This document shows positions 1 to 9,954 of a DNA stretch of 51,834 nt, in pieces. Positions within the stretch are counted from its first letter, which is position 1. Each line of letters opens with the position of its first letter. Below the pieces are notes generated by a model that was given only the letters and a program-made list of their open reading frames with translations, was not told the DNA's origin and made no database searches. The DNA comes from a virus (Duplodnaviria > Caudoviricetes), in the IMG/VR virus record IMGVR_UViG_3300028581_000002, positions 1-51,834 of that record; one strand, given 5' to 3'. A program made the position numbers and the translations under genes.

Positions 1-127
1 CCATCCAGATTGAAGTGCCTCTCTCAAAGTATCAAAGAGTTGGGTTAAAGTTTTGACTTTAGTGGCTGCATCGTTTGCCATCTGACCAAGCTTAATTATC
101 TCATCGATTTGTTTCTTTGTGTACCCC
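1..127. repeat. Terminal direct repeat copy 1 (assembly overlap indicating a circular contig)
   Basis: 1-127 is identical to 51708-51834; 127 is a common assembler k-mer; it lies inside a continuous ORF. Confidence 0.95.
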
Positions 128-987
128 ATAGATTTAAGTTGACTCTCGCTTAATTCGCCAGTGAATTTAGCCAATGTTTCTGTTAGAATGTTAGAAGTTA
201 ACCATCCAGATTCAAGTGTTAGCCTGAACGAACCTTGGTCTTTAATCATCTGATCAATATTAACTTTATGTTTGCGAGCTGTCTCTTTTAAGGAGTCTTG
301 GAATACTTGACCGCCCATTCCAGCATTAACGACAGAATTCCAATCCATAAGTTTAACCGTACCAGCAGATAATGCTTGTGAAAGTTGATACATCGCTGTA
401 CTCGCTTGCATTGCGTTTGAGCCCGACACCGCGGCTAAATTAGCTATACCTTTTATGGCTTGAGTTGATGTTTTTAAATCAACACCAGCAGCAGTAAAGG
501 TTCCTATGTTACGGGTCATTTCGGTAAAGTTATAAATGGTTTTGTCAGCATAGGTATTCAATTCGTCTAAGGCAGCGTTTACTTGAGTTAACGTCGTACC
601 CTTACTTGCGGTGTTCGCCAATATTGTTTGTACAGCATTTATTTGTGTTTCGTATTCTTCAAGTCCTTTTCTTAATGGGTCTACCGTAAGGGCCGCAAGC
701 ATGGTTTTTCCAGCGTTAACGGCGGTGTTGGTTATATTCTGAATTGTTGCAATTCCAACAATACCAAGAACATCAAATTTCCTTCTTATAGCGTCAACTC
801 CTGATGCTATTCCATCAAGAGAGAATGCCCTTCCAGCAGCATTAAGATTATTTAAACTTTTTGCCGATGCATCCAAATTAAGACCCTTCTTGAGATTGTC
901 AAGGGACTTTATGCTTGTTTGAACATTAGCCTCAAACTGTTTGTTGTTAAATTGCATATCGACAACGCGTTTATCAACACCACTCAT
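1..987 (-). CDS. Tape measure protein, N-terminal part (continues at 51707 down to 46959; 1911 aa in total)
   Basis: ATG at 987 overlaps the upstream stop (ATGA); reads MSGVDKRVVDMQFNN...; 329 codons end in SGW and join AQSW at 51707 in frame. Confidence 0.9.
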   Translation of the reverse strand, partial: MSGVDKRVVDMQFNNKQFEANVQTSIKSLDNLKKGLNLDASAKSLNNLNAAGRAFSLDGIASGVDAIRRKFDVLGIVGIATIQNITNTAVNAGKTMLAALTVDPLRKGLEEYETQINAVQTILANTASKGTTLTQVNAALDELNTYADKTIYNFTEMTRNIGTFTAAGVDLKTSTQAIKGIANLAAVSGSNAMQASTAMYQLSQALSAGTVKLMDWNSVVNAGMGGQVFQDSLKETARKHKVNIDQMIKDQGSFRLTLESGWLTSNILTETLAKFTGELSESQLKSMGYTKKQIDEIIKLGQMANDAATKVKTLTQLFDTLREALQSGW

Positions 988-1361
988 GCTCTAGTTACCT
1001 CCCTCCATGCCTCGTCAGCCATTTTATCGATTATGGGTTTCATCGTAGGGTTTATGTAATCACGTCCTTGGACATATCCACCATTTCTAGTACCGTGTCC
1101 ATATTGTAGAATGATTGCTATTGGCACCCCGTCCACAATGTGTGAATTAGTCCAATTAATCACAAATGAATTTCTAAAAGTCTTAATCTCATATCCCCAC
1201 GATGAGGAAGTTAATCCAGAATCCGACGGGGTAGCAGAGGCAAGGGCAGAAACACCTTGTTGACCATACATATTCAAAATTCGTAAGTAATCAACTTTAA
1301 CTGCTTGTTTAAGAAGTTTTTCAGTATTTTTAAAACTTCCTCTATGGCTGATAGCAATCAT
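984..1361 (-). CDS. Tail completion/neck protein, HK97 gp10-like
   Basis: TPxDSG...ILQYGHGTRNGGYVQGRDYINP motif; position before tape measure; AGGAGG RBS before ATG 1361. Confidence 0.7.
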   Translation of the reverse strand: MIAISHRGSFKNTEKLLKQAVKVDYLRILNMYGQQGVSALASATPSDSGLTSSSWGYEIKTFRNSFVINWTNSHIVDGVPIAIILQYGHGTRNGGYVQGRDYINPTMKPIIDKMADEAWREVTRA

Positions 1362-1380
1362 AATCAACCCTCCTATTCAA

Positions 1381-2070
1381 TTATTGTGGTGTTATTTCGG
1401 AGAGCGGCAATGGATCAAACTTCATGGTAGCGAATCCTCCACGAGGGTACCACATATCTAATAACCATTCGGTGACTATAGTTGTATTAACGGCGTTCGT
1501 AGGGACTAACCATGCTGATGATCGTGCATTAGTATTCAGTAGGTCGTACCAATTATCGCCAATTTTATAATATATCGTGTTGCCGCCTTGCTTTAATGAG
1601 TCTATTACATTATTCACTACATAATACGTGCTTTGCATTTGATATACGTCTATTCCTACTCTTACGCTATTGTTTTCTACCGAGCCTATATTAATGGGAA
1701 AATCTGGAATAACTAGCTGCTTTGATATGGTTGGTGCTTCTGTACTACCTATTTTAAACTCTAAGGTATGTCCTCTTTTTGCTACTGGAACGGTGAATCT
1801 AAATAAATATGTGCCATTTGTGGTGCTTGCCTGTTGATCTATATAAATAATATTTTCACCTGTGACGGGAAGTCCATCCTCTATAACCAGGAATGTTAAT
1901 TGTTTATCTGAGCCTGTAGAGATGACTCCATTTACGTCGATTCTACCACCCTCATACAAATTAACGTTCATGGTTAAGCTGCCAAGAGCGAAAGTATTTA
2001 TACATAGAAGTATGGCTAATAGATTGACAACAAGAATGGAACTTATATTCCTTTGAACTGTCTTATTCAT
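1381..2070 (-). CDS. Predicted secreted, cell-surface-like protein
   Basis: N-terminal basic plus hydrophobic signal ending TFA; beta-rich IIYIDQ...NGTYLFRF segment. Confidence 0.55.
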   Translation of the reverse strand: MNKTVQRNISSILVVNLLAILLCINTFALGSLTMNVNLYEGGRIDVNGVISTGSDKQLTFLVIEDGLPVTGENIIYIDQQASTTNGTYLFRFTVPVAKRGHTLEFKIGSTEAPTISKQLVIPDFPINIGSVENNSVRVGIDVYQMQSTYYVVNNVIDSLKQGGNTIYYKIGDNWYDLLNTNARSSAWLVPTNAVNTTIVTEWLLDMWYPRGGFATMKFDPLPLSEITPQ

Positions 2071-2719
2071 GCGTCACACCATCCTTAAGATAAATCGTTA
2101 ATGTGCCATTATCAAATCTGCCTATTCCTATAACCTGTTCTAACTTGATTATATGTACTTCTAACGCATCCATGTCAGTAAATATTAAAGGCGGACTTAT
2201 TATCTTACCAGACGGTAATAATTGTTTATCTATGTATTGTTGATTTAAGTAAAGTTCAAACATGTCAGCGCTTAATGCCTCAGGGACATCTATGCTAAAT
2301 TGAGATCTATAACCATCGATTTTCTTTATTTCGTACTTAGCTATTGATGTCTCTTTACCAGATATATCATATTGGACCAGTGTGTCCACTTTAGCGGGCG
2401 GGATCTCTACAACCTCAAGTACTTCAGGGGTTTGAACTTCTATAACCTCAATTGCCTTAGGTTGCTTTGTTGGTAAAGGGATCTTACTAGGAACGAAACT
2501 TGCTTTTGGAGATGGACTTGGTTTTACCACCGGGGTTGGTGTTGGTTTGGGGACCGATGTTTGTACAGTCTCTATTGGCGCTACAGGCCCTAACTCTAAT
2601 TTATCCTGTGGAACATCATTCAAGAACATTCCACCTATTCCGATTGATCCAGCTATAGCAATTGTACTTAGAGCTGCTATTACCCTTTTTCTATTTTTAC
2701 TTGTGTTTGCAGTAGACAT
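2063..2719 (-). CDS. Membrane-anchored protein with Pro-rich stalk and C-terminal beta domain
   Basis: KNRKR followed by a hydrophobic helix; PKPTPTP...KPSPSP linker. Confidence 0.65.
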   Translation of the reverse strand: MSTANTSKNRKRVIAALSTIAIAGSIGIGGMFLNDVPQDKLELGPVAPIETVQTSVPKPTPTPVVKPSPSPKASFVPSKIPLPTKQPKAIEVIEVQTPEVLEVVEIPPAKVDTLVQYDISGKETSIAKYEIKKIDGYRSQFSIDVPEALSADMFELYLNQQYIDKQLLPSGKIISPPLIFTDMDALEVHIIKLEQVIGIGRFDNGTLTIYLKDGVTHE

Positions 2720-2734
2720 AATATGCCTCCTTTA

Positions 2735-3697
2735 TTAATTTTGTATTTGTAATGTTCCTATGCTTCCAGTCTCAGTTAGAGCCCTAAATTTAAGTTTAGT
2801 CACAACTGTAGGAACGACTCCTTCATTTTCGTACGTACGTTCATCGTAAAACGCAATCGATAATCTATCAGACTCAAACGTTATAGGTAATGTCCTATAC
2901 TCTGTAGCTACTGGTAATTTACCCGTAAGATCTTCATTGTCTAATAGTATCGAATATCTTGATAAGGATATTAATGGTTGTAGTAGCTGTATTCTAAATT
3001 CACATGAAATGCCAACTATAAGATCTTCTATTGAATACGTAGCAACAAAAGACAGCATACTAGTAACTTCATTAGGGAGTGGTAATCTTGCTGGGGTTAC
3101 GTCTGTCCCATATAAAATATCCTCAAGATATGCTAATTTCACTGGATTTATTTTAGTAGAATCGATAGTTATAGACGCTGTAGGTTTGAACCCTGTGGCT
3201 AATACGGGAGTTGTTGATGCCTCCCAGGAATATGTTAATGCATCAGGCGAATCATTAACAGAACTATAACCTGTTTCTGATGGGGCAACTATTGCTCCGT
3301 AGATAAGATGCAACTTATACCCATGCTCTCCGCCATTAACATCATTGCCGATGGATGTTCTATAACACAGCCCGAATGGTTTTCTTTTCTGTTGTTTTAT
3401 TGTTACACCTGGGGTCATTAATCTTGTTCCATCGCAAACCCCAAATTCTTCTGGGTAGGAATATGCCTCAATCGTCAAACCAAGTTCCTCGACAGATAAT
3501 AAGTTTAGATATTTAATATCGTTTGCATACAAGGGACTTGCTTCTGCACCGGAAGGACTTTCGGTTATCGCTGTTAAACCATTCCACGCAACGCCTATAG
3601 GGTAATCGCCACTAATATCCTGAGGATATAGAACTCCCTGACGTATGCCGGTCTCATATAATTTCTTACCTGATTCTCCCCAAACAAGTTTTGGCAT
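2735..3697 (-). CDS. Second major tail (tube) protein paralog with about 100-aa C-terminal extension
   Basis: First ~215 aa are clearly homologous to 5533..6189 (MPKLxW.E.GK..YETG.RQGVLYPQD ... PARLPLP). Confidence 0.85.
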   Translation of the reverse strand: MPKLVWGESGKKLYETGIRQGVLYPQDISGDYPIGVAWNGLTAITESPSGAEASPLYANDIKYLNLLSVEELGLTIEAYSYPEEFGVCDGTRLMTPGVTIKQQKRKPFGLCYRTSIGNDVNGGEHGYKLHLIYGAIVAPSETGYSSVNDSPDALTYSWEASTTPVLATGFKPTASITIDSTKINPVKLAYLEDILYGTDVTPARLPLPNEVTSMLSFVATYSIEDLIVGISCEFRIQLLQPLISLSRYSILLDNEDLTGKLPVATEYRTLPITFESDRLSIAFYDERTYENEGVVPTVVTKLKFRALTETGSIGTLQIQN

Positions 3698-3727
3698 ATT
3701 ATTTCCTCCTTATCTCTCTATCTCTTA

Positions 3728-4477
3728 TCACCCAAGAAGTTTCAATCTGTTTAATATAACAGCAAGTTGCTCTCTTGTTAATAGACCCTTTGGGTCATCG
3801 ACAAGACCGTCCGTATTACCGTCAGAAAATATACCACTAGCAACACCTTTTTGACTAGATTCTAACGCAAAGTTCGACGTTGGTAAACTTGTTAAATACT
3901 CTGTTAATCTGTTGAAAATAGTTTCTCCATCCATATCTTCTTCCTCCTCTATTTTAGGTGCAAGATTAGCATTGACTCTGTTTGCTATGTCATAGTGAAG
4001 TCTATATAAATAGTCTCCAGGGCATTCTTTTTGCGCAAACCAACGATGAACTGTCATGTTCTGTTTACTAACTTGCCCAATTAGGCTTTTATTGCCTTTC
4101 CATAACAATTCTTTAATACCATTCCTTTGACAAATGTCGGTAAGAAGTGATATCAATGCTTCATATGCTTTTTTAGACACTGACCAATTTGGTCCGCCAC
4201 TATTATTCGCCACTTCGATTGTTACTGCACGATTATCGTTTGATGACGAAGATGTACACCACGAACGATCTCTCTCATCGACGTATAAAGCAATACGTCC
4301 ATCAGATCCTATTCCATAATTGCTACTAGCTTCGCTTGACTGGAATATTCTACCACAACTTTCAATAGAAACATTGCCTGCCATACAATGTATAGATATG
4401 GTATCGATTTTATGATTTCTTGGACTGCTCTTATGTGAGCTTATATGCTTATAACAAATTAAAGGACTGTTGCTCAT
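3728..4477 (-). CDS. Endolysin, N-acetylmuramoyl-L-alanine amidase (Amidase_2) with SLH-like C-terminus
   Basis: SIHC, SSNYGIG, TIEVAN and HRWFAQKECPG motifs; C-terminal PKGLLTREQLAVILNR. Confidence 0.85.
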   Translation of the reverse strand: MSNSPLICYKHISSHKSSPRNHKIDTISIHCMAGNVSIESCGRIFQSSEASSNYGIGSDGRIALYVDERDRSWCTSSSSNDNRAVTIEVANNSGGPNWSVSKKAYEALISLLTDICQRNGIKELLWKGNKSLIGQVSKQNMTVHRWFAQKECPGDYLYRLHYDIANRVNANLAPKIEEEEDMDGETIFNRLTEYLTSLPTSNFALESSQKGVASGIFSDGNTDGLVDDPKGLLTREQLAVILNRLKLLG

Positions 4478-4481
4478 TTTA

Positions 4482-5024
4482 TCACCCCTTAGTATTTAGT
4501 TTTGCTCTTCTAGCATCGTTTGTTGCTTTGTTACGAGCCAATAGTTCTTTCCTGCTCATCTTTTTCTTAGGCGCATTCTCTATATTACACACATCAATAA
4601 GTGTTAATAGTCGATTTAAATGCCATTTCTGACACTCGAATGGTATTGTGGCTGCTACCATCCAATAATAGATAATCTCAGCAGTTATTATTTTGCTGCT
4701 GAATGACTTCTTTTCGTTCTTAGAAATCACGGTCGCAGTCATTGGAGCATCTATGTAATCCCTTACCTGTTTTATTATTTCCGAATCAATAGCCGAGTAA
4801 CATTCGTCGCTAACATTTTGGGTTATGGTCATACAACGTATATAATCTATTGCCTCTTCGAATGACTTCTCGTCTTTCGATAAGAAAGGCTTTCCCCACT
4901 TCGACTCCCATTTTGAAAGGGAGACCAGCGAGTGCTCGATTTGCAATATTTGCTTATTAGAGGTTATAAACTTATTGTTTATATCGTCATATTGCTCGAT
5001 AGCAGGTATCGTGATCTTTAGCAT
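4482..5024 (-). CDS. Tail assembly chaperone-like protein
   Basis: EHSLVSLSKWESKW and WHLNRLLTLI motifs; position downstream of the tail tube gene. Confidence 0.6.
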   Translation of the reverse strand: MLKITIPAIEQYDDINNKFITSNKQILQIEHSLVSLSKWESKWGKPFLSKDEKSFEEAIDYIRCMTITQNVSDECYSAIDSEIIKQVRDYIDAPMTATVISKNEKKSFSSKIITAEIIYYWMVAATIPFECQKWHLNRLLTLIDVCNIENAPKKKMSRKELLARNKATNDARRAKLNTKG

Positions 5025-5039
5025 GTTGATCTCCTTTTC

Positions 5040-5068
5040 AAAAGGGAAGTCGTTTTGAATTCCCTTTT
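5040..5068 (-). terminator. Intergenic hairpin AAAAGGGAA-N11-TTCCCTTTT
   Basis: Perfect 9-bp inverted repeat between the two chaperone genes, adjacent to the next RBS. Confidence 0.5.
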
Positions 5069-5074
5069 ATTTTA

Positions 5075-5458
5075 TTATATATTATTTAGGTTCTTTTTTT
5101 CTATCTTTGGAGTGATACCATTTACAAAAGCTGCAGCAGCCTCTGCGTTTGTAGCCAACTCCATGAATAGTTCACTGTAAGCCTCTGTCTGGGCAAATGA
5201 ATTGCAAATCTCTTTATTCTTAACAAACTCTCTACCATCTGGTGATTTCTCGCCATATGATTTAAGTATTAAGTCTTTAAAGATATCGACAATGCGCTTG
5301 CTATCTTGAGACTCTACAATTTTACCGATCATTTTAACAAGACCGCCATTAACTGATAGTTCCATCTCTGTAATCTCGGCTTTGCTAAGATTGAAATAGA
5401 AATCCTCCGTTCGTGCGTTCCCATCATAGTCGGTATATGTAATCGTCTTTTTTAGCAT
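5075..5458 (-). CDS. Tail assembly chaperone
   Basis: MLKKTITYTDYDG...EDFYFNL; directly after the tail tube gene; RBS TTGAAAGGAG before ATG 5458. Confidence 0.65.
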   Translation of the reverse strand: MLKKTITYTDYDGNARTEDFYFNLSKAEITEMELSVNGGLVKMIGKIVESQDSKRIVDIFKDLILKSYGEKSPDGREFVKNKEICNSFAQTEAYSELFMELATNAEAAAAFVNGITPKIEKKNLNNI

Positions 5459-5487
5459 AGTGTTTTCTCCTTTCAAGAGTATTTTTT

Positions 5488-5527
5488 AAAACATAGAGGA
5501 GCCCTCAGTTGAGAGCCCCAATGTTTT
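5488..5527 (-). terminator. Intrinsic terminator after the major tail gene
   Basis: GGGGCTCTC-AACT-GAGGGCTCC stem with flanking AAAACAT/ATGTTTT. Confidence 0.65.
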
Positions 5528-5532
5528 GTTTA

Positions 5533-6189
5533 TCAACCTTCAGCGAATAAGTCCGCAATTTCTGCAGGAAGAGGTAATCTTGCTGGCGCGGTTTCTGTAC
5601 CATAAAGAATACCTTCAAGATCTGCAAGTTTAACTGCATCAACTTTTGTCGAGTCGATTGTTAGAGAAGCAGTTGGTTTGAAGCCTGGAACTGATACTGG
5701 AGTTGTTGTGATTTCCCAGCTAAATGTAATAGCGTCTGGGCTATCGTTAATCGAACTATAACCTTTCTCAGATGGAGCAGCCATCGCGCCATAGATAAGG
5801 TGTAGTTTATAACCATAATCACCTTCCTCAAGGTCGTTACCAAGAACAGTTCTGTAGCATAAGCCAAAGGCGTGTCTCTTTTGTTGACCAATAACAACAC
5901 CTGTAGCAAGTTCAGCAGAACCATCACACACCGCAAATTCGTCAGGGTATGTGTAAGCGTCAAGTGTTGCTCCTAATTCCTCAATAGAAACTAGGTTAAG
6001 ATACTTGATGTCATCGGCATAAATTGGGTTAGCTTCTGCACCAGAAGGACTCTCTGTTACTGCTTGCAAACCGTTCCATGCAACACCAAGAGGATAAGCA
6101 CCATTGGCGTCCTGAGGATACAGAACACCTTGACGTGTGCCAGTTTCATAAAATCTTTTTCCTGTTTCATCCCAAATAAGTTTAGGCAT
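5533..6189 (-). CDS. Major tail (tube) protein
   Basis: 218 aa, strong RBS, YADDIKY and HLIYGA motifs, position, followed by a terminator. Confidence 0.85.
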   Translation of the reverse strand: MPKLIWDETGKRFYETGTRQGVLYPQDANGAYPLGVAWNGLQAVTESPSGAEANPIYADDIKYLNLVSIEELGATLDAYTYPDEFAVCDGSAELATGVVIGQQKRHAFGLCYRTVLGNDLEEGDYGYKLHLIYGAMAAPSEKGYSSINDSPDAITFSWEITTTPVSVPGFKPTASLTIDSTKVDAVKLADLEGILYGTETAPARLPLPAEIADLFAEG

Positions 6190-6204
6190 ATTTATTTCCT
6201 CCTT

Positions 6205-6525
6205 TTAATAATAAAGCATATATACATCATGATTAAGATTATCCTTTGTAAAATGAGTACTAAACTTACATAAAGGAAAATTCTCAATCTTATCCGGTAT
6301 AACACTATCCGGATCAGCATCAATAACTGTTACTTGATACTGTTTCATGCGATGATATTTAATATCATTAGCATATTTTGTATCTCCCGAACTACGTCCA
6401 TATACAATACATGGATAGTTCATCATTAACGATGCAGGAGGTTGAAAGTACACACGACTTACCTCTTCATTCCTTGTACCGAGTATGTCGATAAACAGAT
6501 CATGAAGTTCAAGTCTACTGCGCAT
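6205..6525 (-). CDS. Tail terminator/completion protein
   Basis: VYFQPP...YPCIVY...DNLNHDV; position. Confidence 0.65.
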   Translation of the reverse strand: MRSRLELHDLFIDILGTRNEEVSRVYFQPPASLMMNYPCIVYGRSSGDTKYANDIKYHRMKQYQVTVIDADPDSVIPDKIENFPLCKFSTHFTKDNLNHDVYMLYY

Positions 6526-6832
6526 TGTATACACCTCCTAATGTTAAGATGAGGCGGGGCCTCTGGACGTCGATGTTAATAACCTTCCATGAAGCCCCCA
6601 TCCATTTAACATACCTAATAGTATGAAAGTTTTGATACGCAAACGGATCAGCAATAATGCTAATTGAATTATTTATCGTTATATTACTATTGAGATTCTC
6701 TCCTGGCTCTAAACGTCTATTGTTCTTTATAACGTCTCCAGAATAATTATGTTCAGTGGCAACTTCTTTATGTACCCCAGGAGTAGTCTCAACTGTTTCG
6801 ACATAACCAATTAATCCAAAAAACTTTGCCAT
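6515..6832 (-). CDS. Head-tail adaptor/head closure protein
   Basis: ISIIADPFA...RPRLIL; directly after the capsid gene. Confidence 0.65.
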   Translation of the reverse strand: MAKFFGLIGYVETVETTPGVHKEVATEHNYSGDVIKNNRRLEPGENLNSNITINNSISIIADPFAYQNFHTIRYVKWMGASWKVINIDVQRPRLILTLGGVYNAQ

Positions 6833-6864
6833 TTCGTTACCTCACTTCCATTTTGAAGATCCGT

Positions 6865-8709
6865 TTAACCTACTGGAACAACCGCTGGAAGTCTTTCAAT
6901 GATAAGTGCAGATTTTGGTTTGGTCAAAGCACCAGAAACACGAGTTTCAATTAAGTACTTGTATTGATTGTAATCAATGTCGAAATCATCGAACATTGCA
7001 ACTTGACCACCTTTATCGGCACCAACTGTGTAATCCTTAAGATTAACAACGATACCAAGTATTGTGTGCTCATCATCGCCAACCATACGAATTGCTTCGT
7101 TCATAGCCTCAACTTCAACAATCTTACTAACGCGTAATACAGAAGCAAGCTCTGAAACATTACTGTAGATTCTGCGTTTCATGCCATCCTTGATAAGAAG
7201 CATTTCTGTAAGAAGATCTGTTGATGTATACAAAGTAGGAACGCCAGAACCCTTGTAGTGTTTCCTTTGACGGATGAATTCGTCGATGATCTCGTCAACT
7301 GGTAAATCAGCAGCAACAGTTGAGCGATGAACAAATACAGCATCATTGTCCATAGCGATAGGACGAATATTTTGCTCGTTTATTTTGTCAGGAGACGAGA
7401 TGTCGCGACCATCGCCGATAAGAATAGCACGAGCAAGTTCCTCATTAAGAAGACCTCTCATGTTACCCTTTAACCAGATAACAACATCAAAGTCTGTAAT
7501 ATCAACCATGTCGTCACGGTCAAGCTTTTCTTTCTTGTAAACCGTTGTTGGTGTAGTAGTACGTTTCATAAGAGGAATAACTTCTTCCTTCTTAAGTGCG
7601 CCTGTTACATAACCTTTGGCCCTAGCTTCCTCAACTGTCATATCTGCAACATTTGTGCGAATTCTAGCAAATGGAGTATGAGTTGTTTCGGCAAGAACGC
7701 CGTCAACCCAAGTAACGTCACGTTGAATAAGCTGTGGTCCACCTGGTTGAACGTTTTTTGCATCTGGGAATAAGATATCGATTGGATCGAAACCGTAATC
7801 TGTAGCATGAGCGATGAAACTGTCTCTAAGAGAACCATATTTTTTAGCATCGCCAATGATTTCTGCCATTTGATCATGCGATAAAGTGTTCTCCGAAGCT
7901 GTGTTTGTTGCGCCATCAAAAAGATTTTTTTTCATAGTTGTATCTCCTTCGTCATTTAGATTTGATTGTTGCATAGATCCTGATCCAGCTTCTTCCAAAG
8001 CTGCGCCTATCATGTAATACACTACCTTTTTCTGATCTTCTGTAAAGGTATCAAAGATATCTTTTACAGTTAAATCTTCATCATTACCGCCATCCCCGTG
8101 TTCTAATCCTTCATCGTCACCACCAGCAGCATGAGCTATCATGGCATAGACAACGGATTTTTGATCGTCAGTTAAAGTATTGAATATGTCGGCAACTGTT
8201 GCATCGTCGCCATGTTCTAACCCTTCATCAGAATCATCACCATGTGAGAACTCAAGGCCCGTGAAGATCATAGCTTCATCATCGCTGTCTACCCATTCTC
8301 CAGCGCTATGAGAGAAACTACAATTTTCAATTAGGGCGCCAGGATTGGCCCCAGAAAGAACTAAGCTTACCTCACGGATTGCTCCGTGTATAACCTGTTT
8401 CGCTCTTTCCTTCAATTGATTGGCAAATATAGACAACGCATTTATGTCGCCGGCATCTACAAGTTTCTTAGCATTTTGGCCTGAGTCTGTATCATTAAAC
8501 TTACCATAACAATACACACCATCCTTACGATTTTCTAAGTAAGCGTGGCCTAGAACATTTGATGGTTCATTATGTTGATGTGCCCATACCAATGGTACAG
8601 TCTGTCCATCTTGATGCTTAAATGCATCTTGTATAATGGTTCGCCCATCAGTGCATTTGAGACCGTTTTTAGTGGCATATCCACTAAAGTCATATTTGGT
8701 TTTATCCAT
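6865..8709 (-). CDS. Prohead protease-scaffold-major capsid fusion (HK97 fold)
   Basis: N-terminal FSGYAT...PLVWAH...LSIFA...EVSLV protease motifs; acidic repeated linker; capsid part with ELARAILIGDG and YLIETR. Confidence 0.9.
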   Translation of the reverse strand: MDKTKYDFSGYATKNGLKCTDGRTIIQDAFKHQDGQTVPLVWAHQHNEPSNVLGHAYLENRKDGVYCYGKFNDTDSGQNAKKLVDAGDINALSIFANQLKERAKQVIHGAIREVSLVLSGANPGALIENCSFSHSAGEWVDSDDEAMIFTGLEFSHGDDSDEGLEHGDDATVADIFNTLTDDQKSVVYAMIAHAAGGDDEGLEHGDGGNDEDLTVKDIFDTFTEDQKKVVYYMIGAALEEAGSGSMQQSNLNDEGDTTMKKNLFDGATNTASENTLSHDQMAEIIGDAKKYGSLRDSFIAHATDYGFDPIDILFPDAKNVQPGGPQLIQRDVTWVDGVLAETTHTPFARIRTNVADMTVEEARAKGYVTGALKKEEVIPLMKRTTTPTTVYKKEKLDRDDMVDITDFDVVIWLKGNMRGLLNEELARAILIGDGRDISSPDKINEQNIRPIAMDNDAVFVHRSTVAADLPVDEIIDEFIRQRKHYKGSGVPTLYTSTDLLTEMLLIKDGMKRRIYSNVSELASVLRVSKIVEVEAMNEAIRMVGDDEHTILGIVVNLKDYTVGADKGGQVAMFDDFDIDYNQYKYLIETRVSGALTKPKSALIIERLPAVVPVG

Positions 8710-8711
8710 GT

Positions 8712-9935
8712 TTATTGCACTCCTTCCGAATTTGGTGCATCTTTTGATGCATTTAGATTTTTGTTGCGTAACTCGTCTGCTTTTGGATCGGCAGATGGTT
8801 TGTAGCCAATCATGGCTCGTACTTCGTTAGATGACAATACCTCATTCCTAGTAAACTTATCTGCAATTTCAGCTAAGTCTTTCGTAGGTACAAGACTAAA
8901 TACATCTTTGAAATACGTGATTGACTCATTTTCTGCTCTTGCTGCTCTGCTCAGGAATTTGCGTTTAAACTCGTCAATGATGGCCATTATGATTGGAACT
9001 ATCGTCCTGTTATAATAGTTCAACATAGTTGCCTCATCTGCTGTGCCATTGAACACCGCTTCAGTTAGACCTAACTGGCTATAAAGCATACTCGTTAGAT
9101 ACTGAATCTGTGACATAAGGTTATTTTCAGCTGGACGATTTAATTGAGTAACACGTTCTGTTCCGTCTGTATACGCAATGCCGTATTTGGATCCAGAAAG
9201 TTGTACCTCGATGTCTTTGCGACGTTGGTCTGCTTGGGCTCTTCTTGCTTCCGATTTAATAATATACGGAAGTTGAATTATCAAGTCCAGTTTTCCAGAT
9301 CCACTCTGTTCATCGATGGCGTCTAAAATTGACAACTTCTTAAGTAAACGTTTCAAGGTACTATTAGGTTCATTCATAACAGCGTATAATGGGTTCTCAA
9401 TAATAGCAATGGCACTCTTTAAAACTGTCATCTCCTCCTGCGTACCTGTTACATCGTTGTATATGCGAATACGAACATGGCGAGGATACCACTGAATTAT
9501 CTTTGCTGTTCGCATGGTTTCAATGTCAAAAATTGATGAATGTGTAGGGTCTTCATCTATGTCTACTGGAACAACTGCGACGGCCCCCTCATCGAACATT
9601 GACATAACAATATCTTGTATGAACGCACGAGATGTTTGATCGATATTGGCTTCAAGAGTTAGTATACTGTTTAAACCAGATTTTATGACCTCATTGAATC
9701 TTCCATTTTGATCAAGACTGACATGTTGAATGTTTACGGCAGACACATCAAGGGCAACCCTATTATATACCGAGATAATGATGGACCGCTCACTTGTTAC
9801 ATGCATTCTAGTCCTATCTTGTCGATAATAAGATCCGTATCCTAGGTCTCGGTAGCCATTGGATGCTTCTGTTGGGGCTCGATTCCGGAACGCATTCCAG
9901 GCATGTTTAAGTTTCGTGCTTAATGACTCTGGCAA
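8712..9935 (-). CDS. Portal protein
   Basis: 407 aa before the protease; VYNRVALDV and NEVRAMIG motifs. Confidence 0.9.
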   Translation of the reverse strand: MPESLSTKLKHAWNAFRNRAPTEASNGYRDLGYGSYYRQDRTRMHVTSERSIIISVYNRVALDVSAVNIQHVSLDQNGRFNEVIKSGLNSILTLEANIDQTSRAFIQDIVMSMFDEGAVAVVPVDIDEDPTHSSIFDIETMRTAKIIQWYPRHVRIRIYNDVTGTQEEMTVLKSAIAIIENPLYAVMNEPNSTLKRLLKKLSILDAIDEQSGSGKLDLIIQLPYIIKSEARRAQADQRRKDIEVQLSGSKYGIAYTDGTERVTQLNRPAENNLMSQIQYLTSMLYSQLGLTEAVFNGTADEATMLNYYNRTIVPIIMAIIDEFKRKFLSRAARAENESITYFKDVFSLVPTKDLAEIADKFTRNEVLSSNEVRAMIGYKPSADPKADELRNKNLNASKDAPNSEGVQ

Positions 9936-9954
9936 TGGATTTCCTCCTTATACT

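Noticed and set aside
1-127. Biological terminal repeat
   Set aside because: Exactly 127 bp and inside the tape-measure ORF; best explained as assembler overlap
4482-5458. Programmed frameshift between the tail chaperones
   Set aside because: The genes are separated by 50 bp with a hairpin, and the second has its own RBS
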